The notes: generated by a model not told the origin, from the sequence alone. 64,000 bases of DNA from Octopus sinensis (GCF_006345805.1 NC_043006.1:40858001-40922000); one strand, 5' to 3'; counted from the first letter of the stretch, positions 40,912-54,922 are shown. Translations and numbers: made by a program.

Positions 40912-41867
40912 CTAGCAGCATAGCCCGGCGTTGCCCGGGTATGTAAGAGCCACTAGTAGGAAACGACTTGCGGCTGCAGCAGCGATTAGCAGAAATATGC
41001 CATGGTTATGTTGTCTGGTCATGTTTTGTCTCGTTGACTGCTTGAAGTGGCGGTGTTGGGGGTAAAGTCTCGAATGTAATTTCTTCCTGGTAGGAATTGG
41101 TTCACCAAAACTTAGGTTAGTCTGGAGGTTTCGATGTAATCTTTGGTTTGTATGTGGGATACCTTGAAGATTAAGTCTAGATTTCCTCCTGTGGGTTGAA
41201 TTATCGATAGCTGTTTGATAGTTATTTGGGGGAGTAAGAGAGTTAAAGAAGGTTGAGTTGCGTCCTCTAGACAGTCTGTGGCTTGTGTTTAATACACAAA
41301 TCGGTTTGCTATGTGTGCCACATATGATTTAATTAACCGATTTTTTCCAGTAATAAAGTATCCTATTGGAATAAAAAGGGCCATATAGCTCCTTGGAGCA
41401 GATATGATGCTCGCTGTGAATTTAAAAAAAAATCCTGCCAATTTGTTAAAGATATTGTCGAAAATATGTCATCTTGAATTTGAACGCGATTTCCCTAAAT
41501 GGCATGATTTTATCGACTTTTTCTGATGGTAAGGTATTGCCTGGAAAACTAACGTCAGAATTAAGTTTCTTAGGGTAACATTAAGCTTCACTATGAGTTT
41601 GGTGAAAATCGATTGCAAGTTGCGAAAACTACAACAGAAAATGTGTTCCATATGAAAAGCTTAGATTCTCAACCCCATGTCGAATTTATTGATTTTTTTC
41701 AGAACTGGGGGAACTTTTCAAAATTGTCGCTGCGTTAGTTTTGAATTATGACATTGGGCTATGTGTGTGTCAAGTTTCATCAGAATCGGTTGAAAGCTGT
41801 GGTTAGGGTGAGGGTACAACCTGACAGACACACAGACAAACAAACTGCCTTTTATATATAGAGAAGA
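40912..41867 (-). mobile_element. Non-autonomous Helitron
   Basis: A|TCTTCTCTATATATAAAAGG 5' end; hairpin CCCGGGCAACGCCGGG then CTAG|T. Confidence 0.8.
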
Positions 41868-41904
41868 TATATCTATATAATATGTATGTATGTAATATAT
41901 CTTT

Positions 41905-42200
41905 TATATTTTTACTTGTTTCAGTCAATTGACTGTGGCCATGCTGCCTTTAGACGTAAACACACCATTGGTTGTCAAGTGATGTTGGGGGGACTAAGAC
42001 AGACACACACATATATATACATATATATATACACAACCGGCTTCTTTCAGTTTCTGTCTACCAAATCCACTCACAAGGCTTTGGTTGGCCCGAGGCTATA
42101 GTAGATGACACTTGCCCAAGGTGCCACGCAGTGGGAATGAACCTGGAACCATGTGGTTGGTAAGCAAGCTACTTACCACACAGCCACTCCTGCACCTAAG
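41905..42200 (-). mobile_element. Family-A SINE with uninterrupted head
   Basis: GGAACCATGTGGTT|GGTAAGCAAGCTACTTACC shows the empty version of the Tx1 junction. Confidence 0.9.
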
Positions 42201-42914
42201 GAAAGTTCTAAAGATTTTATGAAATAATTTTAACATTTTGAAAGGTAATCATTTAAAACAAGCCAACCAAGTTATTATTAGGCCCACCTTGAGAAGATAG
42301 CTAAGAATGAAAAAAAAACCCCAAAAGAATTTGAATATCAACAAAGCAAAGTATTCAAGCATGAATGTTCATGTAAAGAACAGGTGCAAATCCTCTGCAT
42401 GTGTTAATCAAACTAGACTACCTTCCACTCCACACACATTCAAGTATATTATTGATAAATGCAACTATATACACAGTCACACCTGTGCATATACACAGTT
42501 ATAGATGCGTGTATATACATACATAAACATGTACATACATGTCCACATATACCTATGTACACACACTGATGCACACACATATAAAATACATCTACCTATA
42601 CACATACAAATCTCTCAAGACATATACACTACACTAAGTAAATACATTTACCAGCATGAATATCATACACATCCATCTGTGCCAGCGCTGAAAGTGGATG
42701 TTAAATGATGATATATATATGTGTGTGTGTGTGTGTATATTGAAGACAGCTGCTTATTAATTAGGTATGTGACAGTTATTAAAAGAAAGCAATTATTAAA
42801 GACTTAACTATCTGGAAATTTTTTGATAAATTCTTGTTCCCAGAAATTTTCTGTAATTTCGATTTCTGAAGTTTATTGAGTATTTGAATTGTTTATATAT
42901 ATATATATATATAT

Positions 42915-45903
42915 CATCATCATCATCATTTAGCGTCCGTTTTCCATGCTAGCATGGGTTGGACGGTTCAACTGGGGTCTGTGAAGCCGGAAGGCTGCAT
43001 CAGGCCCAGTCAGATCTGGCAGTGTTTCTACGGCTGGATGCCCTTCCTAACGCCAACCACTCCGTGAGTGTAGTGGGTGCTTTTTACGTGCCACCCGCAC
43101 AGGTGCCAGACGGAGCTGGCAAACGGCCACAAACGGATGGTGCTTTTACTTGCCACCCGCACGGGGGCCAGGCCAGGCTGGCAATGAACACGAGCGGATG
43201 GTGCTTTTACGTGCCACCGGCAAGGGGGCCAGGCGAGGCTGGCAACAGACACGAATGGATGGTGCTTTTATGTGCCACTGGCACGGGGGCCAGGCGAGGC
43301 TGGCAGCGGACATGAACAGATGGTGCTTTTACGTGCCACCGGCACGGAGGCCAGACGGGGCGGTGCCGGCAACGGCCACGATCGGATGGTTCGCTTAACC
43401 ACAGCTGCAACTTCCACTGATGTTGATCGACCTCAATTTTGGTTCTGCTTTCTGATATCTGATTTGATTTGGTTTGATTTTCATTTTGATTTTGATTCTG
43501 ACTGTTCTCACTGGTCTTGCCGGGTCTTCTCACGCACAGCATACTTTCATAGGTCTCGGTCTCTAGTCATTTCCTTGGTGAGACCTAAAGTTCGAAGGTC
43601 GTGCTTCACCACCTCGTCCCAGGTTTTCCTGGGTCTACCTCTTCCACAAGTCCCCTCAACTGCCAGGGTGTGGCACTTTTTCACACACCTATCTTCATCC
43701 ATTCTCGCCACATGACCATACCAGCGCAATCGTCTCTCTTGCACACAACAACTGATGCTTCTTAGGTCCAACTTTTCTCTCAAGGTACTTACACCCTGTC
43801 GATTATGAACACTGACATTACACATCCATCGGAGCATACTAGCTTCATTTCTTGCGAGCTTACGCAAATCCTCAGCAGTCACAGCCCAAGTTTCACTACC
43901 ATGTAGCATGGCTGTACGTACACATGCATCATACAGTCTGCCTTTTACTTTGAGCGAGAGGCCTTTTGTCACCAGCAGGGGTAAGAGCTCTCTAAACTTT
44001 GCCCAGGCTATTCTTACTCTAGCAGTTACACTTTCAGCACACTGACTTGGTCACCTAGGTAGCGGAAGCTATCAACTACTTCTAGTTTTTCTCCCTGGAA
44101 CGTGGTAGAAGTTGGTCTCTGCATATTTTCAGAGTTTATTGCTCCTGAGCATCTGCCACAGATAAAAACTATTTTCCTAGTTAGTTTTCCTTTGACATTA
44201 CTACATCTCTTATGTGTCCATAGCTTACATTTGGTGCATCTTATAGAGTTTCTACCTATGCCTTTTCTACAGATCGAGCAGGGCCATCTACCTGAAGGCG
44301 TTTGTGATTGGTCTACCTTCCTACTTATTAGGACTTTGGTTTTGGCTAGGTTGATTCTAAGGCCCTTCGATTCTAAACCTTGCTTCCACACCTGAAACTT
44401 CTCCTCCAGTTCTGATAGAGACTTAGCAATTAGAGCAAGGTCATCAGCATAGAGGAGCTCCCAGGGGCATCCTGTCTTGAATTCCTCTGTTATTGTCTGG
44501 AGGACTATGATAAATAGGAGGGGACTGAGGACTGAACCTTGGTGGACCCCAACCTCTACCCTGAATTCTTCACTGTACTCGATGCCAACCCTCACCTTAC
44601 TAGCGGCGTCTCTGTACATGGCTTGTACATCTCTCACTAACCATTGATCTATCCCTAGTTTCCTCATTGACCACCAGATAAGGGATCGGGGGACCCTGTC
44701 GAAGGCTTTCTCCATATCAACAAAAGCCAGGTATAGGGGCTTGTCTTTGCCTAGGTATTTCTCCTGCAGCTGTCTTACCAGGAAGATAGCATCAGTAGTA
44801 CTTTTCCCTGGCACGAACCCAAACTGCATCTCATCTAAGCTAACTCTCTCTCTAGTTAGTTGGGCTATAACCCTCTCCGTAACCGTCATTACCTGATCCA
44901 GCAGCTTGATACCCCTGTAGTTATTTGTATCTAGAGCGTCACCTTTACCTTTGTAGCAGTTGACTATTATGCTGCTACACCAGTCATTGGGTATGACTCT
45001 TTCGTGTATCACCTGGTTAACTATACGGGTGACTAGGCTATAGCCGACACTACCAGATATTTTGAGCATCTCTACTGTAATTCCTGATGGGCCTGGGGCT
45101 TTCCCTGTTTTCATGCTTGTAATTGCCTTAACTACTAAGGAACTGTCAACTCGGATTGCTGGTCCCTCTGTTGGGTCAACATCCGTCAGACTCTCTTTAT
45201 CCCATTCATTTTCCTCATTCAGCAACCTTTCATAGTGGTGTCTTCAAACCTCTCTCTTTGCATCCTCATTTAGCGCATAAACCTCTCTCTTTGCATCCTC
45301 ATTTAGTAACATGTCTCTAAATCTCTGTCCATTCGCAGGGTCTTTAAGCTTCCAGACCCTTCTTCTCCATGTTGGTCGTCTTCTAGTCGTCCTCTTAGTC
45401 CTGATCCTAAAGTCACTAACTACCAGTCTATGTTGTGGGGTGCATTCTTTGCCAGGGAAGGTTTTGGCATTTATAAGCAGCCATCTTTCCCTTTTTCTGG
45501 CAAGGATGTAGTCGATTTGGCTAGTATGCCGGCCCGATTGGTAGGTGACCAGGTGGCTTGTCGGTTTCCTGAAGTTAGTGTTGCAAACCATAAGACTATT
45601 CGCATCGCAGAACTCCAGCAGCCTGGTTCCCTCCTCGTTGCGGGAACCATAACCGTAGCCTCCATGTACACCATGGAAGCCCCCAGCATGTCGTCCAACA
45701 TGCCCATTGAAGTCACCAGCCACAAAGAGAAGGTCTCTGTCGTTCGTCAATGAGGTGGTCTGCAGTAGGGTGTCGTAGAAACTGTCTTTCTGTCCATCGG
45801 GTAGCCCTGGCTGAGGGGCATAGGCTGATATAATAGTTGCTAATCTATGATGAAGCACTATTCTAATCTTAAGTATTCTGTCACTTACTCTGATTACCTC
45901 AAG
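42915..45903 (-). mobile_element. RTE-clade LINE, 5'-truncated, frameshifted (APE endonuclease plus RT plus 3' UTR ending in (GAT)n)
   Basis: SAYAPQ, GDFNGHVG, QIDYIL, QHRLV; FVDMEKAFD, VHQGSVLSP, LYADD; RWYGHV, GRGRPRKTW. Confidence 0.95.
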
Positions 45904-46156
45904 TATATATATATATATATATATATATATCTAATGTAGGATAAAATTTTTTTCGAAAAAAAATTTTATCAATGGCCAGCATATTAAAAAATACCTTTAA
46001 AGGTTAAATTTATAAACAATTCATAAATAAGGGCAAACGAAAAAATTTCTAATGCCAAATATGCCGAAAAATTGGACATATTGTCCATTAACCATATAAT
46101 TATATAATTATATGGTTAATGGACATTAGAAATTTTTTCGTTTGCCCTTATTTATG

Positions 46157-46202
<46 letters not shown>

Positions 46203-46465
46203 CCAGAATCACATTGGATGCAGAGGAGAGAAAATAGTAATTCAGTGAAGGAGAAGTAGTGAGAGTAATAGCCCTGACTGAGAGGGAGTGAGAGAAAGTT
46301 ATAGCAATGAAAGGAAGGAATGATAGATGAATAAGGAAGGAAGGGATGAAAAAAAAGATCAGCGTTTCAACTCTGTTAGTATATATTTGTATGCGTGTGC
46401 GTGAACAAGGGAAGCATGTGAATGTTTGTATGTGTGATTATTATGTGCCTTATTTATATATAAAA

Positions 46466-47950
46466 CTAGCATTATGACCCGTCGTTGCTGGATCATAGTG
46501 CTAGTGCATGTATATATGTGTACATATTACATGTACATCTCTATATATATATCTACACATAAAATACAAAATGCAAACTTATATCTTGATATCACTAGTG
46601 ATAACAATACTGAAAATATATAACAGACTGGAATTGTAGGCCCATCTCTTGCAATTTTGATCAATTGTATCTTGTCCTCCCTCTTGTATAGAAGTGTGGC
46701 TACAATCCAGCCTACCTCTACCTTTGGGGGGACATTTTAAATTTTTATCCGGGACATCCTACGTCCCAGATATAAAGGTAAAAATAAAATATTTCCACTT
46801 TGCAAGGTTCGAGTTGAGTACTCCCTTGCACGCTCTGTTGACTCGAACCTTGCTTCTATTGTGGTGAATTTACTGCCTCTGGTTAGATACCTTATATCTT
46901 TCATAGTCGCACCAAGACACTTTTTGATGGTGCTTTCCTCCAGGTGTTCAAATCTTTTTTTTTCTCTACATTGTATACTTTATAGACAATAGTCTTTTCT
47001 TTAATTTAATTTTTTATTTCGTAGATTCACCGTCTTTGTCAGTGATCAATCCGTATTTCTTCCATTTTAATTTCAATGAGTTCGCGCCCGCTGACGGCTG
47101 CAGCGAAATTCATTTTTGGACTTTCTTCTATCGAAGGCATTTTAACAAAAGTGCTTCCATGTAAACGGTGAAAATATTATCAATTTCCCCCAAACAGGGA
47201 CACAGTTCAATTTTTAAATAATAACCAAAGCTCCTTCTCCCAAGGGGGAGGGTTACGGTTTACAATTATTTAACAAATGCAACACAACAACGCTTCCCTT
47301 ATGAGGAACCAACAAACCTTACAGTAAACCAAAAAGCAGTACTCTGTTGAAGCTATAGGCCTTTATGGATCAGAAATAAACCAACAGCGGTACTCAGTAG
47401 AAGCATCTTTCGAGAAAACAGACGTTACATACAGCCAAACTTCATATAGATACTTAATACTAGCTAATTTGCAAATAATCTCTCCATCTGGACTATTCCA
47501 TTTCTGCACGCTAATTTTATTTTTTATTTATTCCCATTCATGTGAAACCACTGATTCAAGTTCAAGTCATTGATGCAATTTTATACCAATTGCTATTTTT
47601 ACTTTTGTTATGTTACAATAATATTATACTTTAGTTTGATTTTAATTATTACTTACTACATATAATTCAATTGTTATTATTATTTTTATTGTTAAAGTGA
47701 AAGCATCTGACATAAAATAGAGAAATATTTTTGTTTCACATTTAACACGTAATACTGAAATAGTGGAGAAGATATGATATTGCTATGGGGTCGCTCTAGG
47801 TAAGATTTTGAACATTTTTTTTGCCTATGAAACTACATGGACCCTAAGTAAGGCATGTGTAAAATTTGAATGAAATTGGTTGTGTAGTTCTCAAGTTTTA
47901 GGGAAACACACAGACAGACAGACACACATTCTCAGTTTTATATAGAGAGA
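46466..47950 (-). mobile_element. Non-autonomous Helitron containing a Tx1 5'UTR/ORF1 fragment (about 46600-47430)
   Basis: TCTCTCTATATAAAACTGAG start; hairpin plus CTAG at 46466; inside KRFEHLEESTIKKCL...LYLGRRMSRIK. Confidence 0.75.
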
Positions 47951-48517
47951 GATACTACAATTAGCTATCATTACTGACGACATGTCAGCTAGTGTTTAAT
48001 AAGCAATAATTTGTTGCAAGTGAAATTTTCTGTTTTCATTTGCAACAGTCTCTCAGTCTCTTATGCCTGTATTTTCATCAATGATAATTTAATATATATT
48101 CATTTCAATTTTTGATTTGCTGTTTTCAAAATCCATGATTTATTCTATATATGTCATGTAAAAAAATTATTTATTGAATGAATAAATGCTATTAGACAAA
48201 ATAGGTGTATAACTTTGAAGTTTATATGTTGATAAAATGAAAATTTTTTAATGTACCAGTATAATTTTAAAAAAAATTATACTGGTATGGCATTTGGAAC
48301 GCTATATATATATATATATATATATACAAAATTAGAGAATGGAGAAACATACTTAAATCAATAAAACATCAACTATCCGATGATACCCAATCAATACTTT
48401 AATACACCATTACATATGAGTAAAGGCATTAGACAAAATGAGATATACAGTAATAGTAAAAAGATAAAGAGATATAAGTAAAAAATTTCAAATATAATAT
48501 GCAATTAAATCAAAACT

Positions 48518-48622
48518 GACAGCTGTTTCGGCAGTGAGGGCAGTCATACCTCATTTAACCTCTAAGCCATAAAGGCAGGTATAAATGAGGCATTAACAAG
48601 GATGCCCCACGGCCTCTTCAGA
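48518..48622 (-). ncRNA. HHR motif in inverted pLTR copy
   Basis: Reverse complement of 52862-52965. Confidence 0.6.
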
Positions 48623-48821
48623 GAATTAAATTAAATTTGTTATAATTGTGAAAAATATTATATAACCATATACATATAAATATAAAAATATAAAAATGTA
48701 AAATATAAAAACTTATACATCATAATGCTACACTTATATAATATAATACTCATTGGTACAATAAAGGAAGGTAAACAGAACAAAATAAAACAAAATATAT
48801 ATCAGTGTATATATTAATATT

Positions 48822-49049
48822 TGCACCATCCGATCATGGCCGTCTGCCAGCCTCGTCTGGCACCTGTGCCGGTGGCACGTAAAAAGCACCCACTACACTC
48901 ACGGAGTGGTTGGCGTTAGGAAGGGCATCCAGCCGTAGAAACATTGCCAGATCAGATTGGAGCCTGGTGCAGCCTTCTGGCTTCCCAGACCCCAGTTGAA
49001 CCGTCCAACCCATGCTAGCATGGAAAGCGGACGTTAAATGACGATGATG
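48822..49049 (+). mobile_element. RTE-tail SINE inserted in the left pLTR arm only
   Basis: Matches the 3' UTR of the RTE at 42915-43100; absent from the right arm. Confidence 0.85.
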
Positions 49050-52000
49050 AAGTACCGATATTATACATATTTGGCTAATAGTTTTTTTAAAAAAACTAAC
49101 ACATAGGGAGATGAAAAATAATAATTAAAACCATGGTTCAGTTCATAAAATTCTAAAGCTATGAAAGTTAATAAAAATTACTATTAATATTAATAATAAT
49201 AATAATAATAAAAATAATAATAATAATAATAGATACAGTTAAGTTTGCACCAAGTCCATCCTTTCAAGATCGAAATAACTATGAGTTTAGAAATGCTGAT
49301 CACTAGGTAAAGAAAATTTAGATTAATTCGATTGGCTATTGGTTTGAAATTTAAATCACAAAAGAAAATTATACGGTTGGTTAGTCAAGGAACGCCAATA
49401 TTCACACACGCATCTACAGATCAATCGCACATACACACATAGTTATATGTATATACATACACTTATACACATACATAATCACAAGCAACAACTAGCACAT
49501 AGATAAACAAAAAGGGAAGCAACTATGCTACCATTTAGTCCTTCAAAATTATAACTGTGCCTCAAATAACGAAAAAGAACCACCCATGCATTTCATAAAA
49601 TATTTAATTTAGATATAAATCTCAAATAGATCTGAGCATACGGGTAATAGTAGTAATATTAATAATAATATACAAATTAAAACTTATGGTAGACATGATA
49701 ATGGTAAAGTTTACTTGCGCAATAACCATGGGAATATTGATATAGATAGATATAACAATGACAGTGGTAAGAATAGTAATCCTAAGGGTTGGTCTAGGAA
49801 TAGGATTTTTACAAATAACAATAATTCTATAGGCAATCCTAATTCTGATAAGGATACACTATGGTTGATTATCCCATATGCAATGCAGATTAAAACAAAC
49901 ATAGTGAGAGCTTTGCATAATGTTATATTTAGGCATTTTGGTAAGGATAAGAATAAATTTAGTCCTTTAATTAACAACAGTACTGTTAGAGTGGGATATA
50001 GCATACTCATAATCTAGCCACCATTATCTCCTCTTTTAATAACAGGAAACTGGATCACTTCTATAAGGATAGAAAATTGAATTTAGACCAGGGAAATTTG
50101 CCCCTCTTTAATAATAATAGGAACAGAAACTTTCTTGGAACGAATGTGAACAACCCCCTTACTAATAATGAGTGCACCATACCTGTCAGAGATAATATAA
50201 ATGTAATAGATCATACTACTACTACCAATAGTACTAGTGATAGGAATATAGCCGATAATGTGAAATAACTCATTCGTTGATTTTGGGTTTGTGGTTGGAT
50301 GATGATAACAATTGTAACACTTATAATGTGAATGGTAGTATAGGGGTGGAGACCAATCTTAGATTTCCTCATTCTGTTAATCTTTGTAATTCAGAAACAA
50401 AAATAAATGTGTATTTGGTAATCAATGCCTCAGGAAGGAGGTAGTTTACCAATGCACTGTAGATACACAATTGAGTAGTAGGGTGTATATCGGGGCAACT
50501 ATGAATAGCATAAAACAAAGATTGAATTATCACAGATATACTTTTAGAAATAAAAATAGAATGTACTCTACAGGGCTAAGTGCATACATTTGGGAACTTA
50601 AAAGTAAGAACTTAGATTTTAGATTAAACTGGAAAATACTAACTTCAGCACCTGTTTATAATGGAAAAAATAAAAAATGCTCTCTATGTATTAATGAAAT
50701 TTTTTCATTATTAAAGCGGGTCGGCAAATTATAACAACATTAATGAAAAAAACTTCTTTTGCATTCATAGGCTACCGTTCACCTTTTCTAGATTCAAATA
50801 GAACTTAGCACTTCCACTATTATTAATTTTTTAACTCCCTTCTTTAACTAACTATACCTGTGGTCTTCTATAATTCTTAAGTATACAACTTATAAATTTA
50901 TAATTTTATAATTTTTATAGCTACATTTGTATAATAATAATAGATGTGTCTAGTATTATTTGTTTCTTGTTTTTTGTATGTGGGTTTTGGTTGTTTTTTA
51001 AGGGAAATGCAATATGACACGAAATAACATATTCATTTTGGTATTTGCCTTGTAATATGTGATTTTTAAAGTTTTCTAATATTGCATAGTATATTGCATA
51101 GTATATATGTATATCTTGGTTAGATACCTAGCTCTAGATAATGTAATGATATTGTATAATATGTATATATGAGAGCCTTTTATGAGTTGGTGTGTTTAGG
51201 TTGAGAATATAGGTTTTTTGTATGTGTTTATTTGGAAGGTTTTTATTGTATATTTGGTCTTTCTTGTACTCACCTTAATTTGTATCTTATGCTACTTACT
51301 AAAACCTTTTTCATTTTTTTCATTTTCTCATTTACATACATTTGGCTTTATAAATATTACCAGCCTTATATATTTAGTTTATATCTATAGTCCTCTGGAT
51401 CTGTACTTTAAATTATCCTTCCATACATATTTACTTTCAACAATATAACATATTATTCACTTTATTTATTTTTTATTTTTTTTATTGTAATGTTATCAAT
51501 CTCTGCATTTAGTCTTCTAATTATTTATTTGCCTATTTAAGTGTAGATGTTTACATACATATCAAGTCATCTAATTTGTTATCTATTTATTTTTACTTAT
51601 TTACTTATACTAGGGTAGTTTTATACATACATATCTATCATTTATTTTTTATTTAATTTTAATAATATATGAATACATATATACTGGTTTGTACTTATAA
51701 ATGTGTATAACCGTATTTATTCCTTCGTATTTATTCCTTCTTATATCTTATCACATTTTATCTTAAGTATTTATAATATAAATTTTTAAAAATTTCTGTG
51801 ATGTTCTCATAAGCGTTTACATTAGTACTTCCCCTTCTATTTTTAATGCCTAAACTGGTATATTACGGCATTAAATTTATTAAGTAAATAAGTGATTTAT
51901 TTATAATATATATTAATATATATTTTATATTTTATAATTTAGCGTACTTGGAATCATAACAAACTTACGATAAATCTAACAACCGTATGTTACTATGCAA

Positions 52001-52470
52001 CAAACCGGTGTTATAAATTTTAAGTTACCCATGAAATAATTATCTGACTTAGTAACATACTGATATTTAAAAATATATTTATATCTAAATTAAATATTTT
52101 ATGAAATGCATGGGTGGTTCTTTTTCGTTATTTGAGGCACAGTTATAATTTTGAAGGACTAAATGGTAGCATAGTTGCTTCCCTTTTTGTTTATCTATGT
52201 GCTAGTTGTTGCTTGTGATTATGTATGTGTATAAGTGTATGTATATACATATAACTATGTGTGTATGTGCGATTGATCTGTGGATGCGTGTGTGAATATT
52301 GGCGTTCCTTGACTAACCAACCGTATAATTTTCTTTTGTGATTTAAATTTCAAACCAATAGCCAATCGAATTAATCTAAATTTTCTTTACCTAGTGATCA
52401 GCATTTCTAAACTCATAGTTATTTCGATCTTGAAAGGATGGACTTGGTGCAAACTTAACTGTATCTATTA

Positions 52471-52519
<49 letters not shown>

Positions 52520-52861
52520 ATTAATAGTAATTTTTATTAACTTTCATAGCTTTAGAATTTTATGAACTGAACCATGGTTTTAATTATTATTTTTCATCTC
52601 CCTATGTGTTAGTTTTTTTAAAAAAACTATTAGCCAAATATGTATAATATCGGTACTTATTAATATTAATATATACACTGATATATATTTTGTTTTATTT
52701 TGTTCTATTTACCTTCCTTTATTGTACCAATGAGTATTATATTATATAAGTGTAGCATTATGATGTATAAGTTTTTATATTTTACATTTTTATATTTTTA
52801 TATTTATATGTATATGGTTATATAATATTTTTCACAATTATAACAAATTTAATTTAATTCT

Positions 52862-52965
52862 CTGAAGAGGCCGTGGGGCATCCTTGTTAATGCCTCATTT
52901 ATACCTGCCTTTATGGCTTAAAGGTTAAATGAGGTATGACTGCCCTCACTGCCGAAACAGCTGTC
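52862..52965 (+). ncRNA. HHR motif with ~85-nt stem II
   Basis: CUGAAGA-GGCCGUGGGGC...GCCCUCACUGCC-GAAAC-AGCU-GUC; stem I weak. Confidence 0.6.
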
Positions 52966-53322
52966 AGTTTTGATTTAATTGCATATTATATTTGAAATTT
53001 TTTACTTATATCTCTTTATCTTTTTACTATTACTGTATATCTCATTTTGTATAATGCCTTTACTCATATGTAATGGTGTATTAAAGTATTGATTGGGTAT
53101 CATCGGATAGTTGATGTTTTATTGATTTAAGTATGTTTCTCCATTCTCTAATTTTGTAGTATTAATTTACGGTAATATTATTACCTTTACCCATATAATA
53201 CAATAGATGAACTGATTGTTTGACAATTTTTAACATCTATGTATTAATCTTGTTGGGTACCTATCTGGCAGTATATTGGATATATATTATCCCATGGTGG
53301 GTTGAATTTTCAACCCCTATCT

Positions 53323-53359
<37 letters not shown>

Positions 53360-53825
53360 GTAAGAGAGGGAGAAGAAACATTCTTCTTCATCCACATTCA
53401 AACACACTTTCTAATCTGATAGTAGCAAATTATGTATATACATATAAAGACAAAAAGAGGGAGAAAGAGCAGTTAAAGCTGAACTCCATGTTGAATGGCC
53501 GTTTTAAAAATAAAAGTGAAATAAAAACAAACGGACTTTTCTCCTTGGTGCAAAAATTATGTAAGGCGAGTGAGATAGATGATGTCTATTTTATTAGTTA
53601 CTGTGGTCAATACAAAACTAGTTTCACGATTAATGTACAAATTAAATAAATTAATTTTTATAAAAATGAACTTAATTTAGAAAATGCAACAATTGTATGT
53701 AAACCAACTTTTTTTGTTTCTGAAAGCATCAAACGTGTATTATATCATACAGTCAATATTTCAAATGCAGTATAGCCATGAAAACAGCAGAAAGATTTGC
53801 TTTGACAGAAATTATTGTCAGCGGG

Positions 53826-53950
53826 CATGTATATATATATATATATATACATATATAATATTGTGTGTGTGTGTGTGTATTATATATATATGTGTGTGTA
53901 TATATATATATAATATGTGTGTGTGTATATATATAATATATATGTGTGTG

Positions 53951-53981
<31 letters not shown>

Positions 53982-54250
53982 ATATATATATATATGTGTG
54001 TGTGTGTATATATATATATATATGTGTGTGTGTATATATATATATGTGTGTGTATATATATATATGTGTGTGTGTGTATATATATGTGTGTGTGTATATA
54101 TATATATGTGTGTGTGTGTATATATATATATATGTGTGTATGTATATATATATGTGTGTATGTATATATATATATATGTGTGTGTGTATATATATATATA
54201 TATGTGTGTATATATATATATATATGTGTGTATATATGTATATATATGTG

Positions 54251-54282
<32 letters not shown>
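53826..54282 (+). repeat. Compound (TA)n(TG)n microsatellite
   Basis: Seen directly. Confidence 0.95.
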
Positions 54283-54564
54283 ATTAATTAATAAGGGTGA
54301 GAGAATTAGATACTAATTTAATAGTATACCTATTCAACACCAAGTGGCCCAGTGCCCCGAGAACCTGGATTATTATAATATTTTATAATATATTATAATA
54401 TTTTATACAAAAATAAATATAAGAGAGTGGTCACTATGTGGCTCACTCTAGCACTAGTAAATCCAAAAGTTTCAACCACCACAAAATACATGTTTCCCAT
54501 GAAAGTCAGTACGATTGTTAGCTCACACGAACAGGGCAAATAAAAAATAACAAAAATACAGATT

Positions 54565-54647
54565 ATTTTGGGACAATTGTTTCGCTATTAATGAATTAAA
54601 TGTAATTTTACTCACAAAAAACTCACTTGTAGCTCCTCAGCCAAAAC
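54565..54647 (-). ncRNA. Complete type I HHR motif
   Basis: UUUUGG-CUGAGGA-GCUA...UAGC-GAAAC-AAUU-GUC-CCAAAA (6-bp stem I). Confidence 0.75.
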
Positions 54648-54922
54648 TATCTGGATGAAATACACGTGTGGTTCAATTGATTACATCCGACGTTATAATT
54701 CAAATGCCCCTACCAACAGCGCGCCGAGTAAAATTACATTTAATTCATTAATAGCGAAACAATTGTCCCAAAATAATCTGTATTTTTGTTATTTTTTATT
54801 TGCCTGTTCGTGTGAGCTAACAATCGTACTGACTTTCATGGAAACATGTATTTTTGTGGTTGAAACCTTCTGGATTTACTAGTGCTAGAGTGAGCCACAT
54901 AGTGACCACTCTCTTATATATT

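Larger units (their letters stand above)
48325..53330 (+). mobile_element. Penelope-like element: linker plus GIY-YIG endonuclease, pLTR, and inverted pLTR copy
   Basis: LWLIIPY..QIKTNI; CLRKEVVYQCTV...RVYIG...LSAYIWELK...CSLC; arms 48325-49620 / 52077-53158. Confidence 0.85.

Noticed and set aside
43075-43400. Regularly spaced repeats resembling a CRISPR array
   Set aside because: Whole ~60-bp units are homologous (no unique spacers), they lie in an RTE 3' UTR, and the context is eukaryotic.
53684-54291. Overlapping Cys/Val/Tyr/Ile-rich ORFs (and similar ORFs elsewhere)
   Set aside because: TA/TG dinucleotide repeats lack stop codons in several frames.
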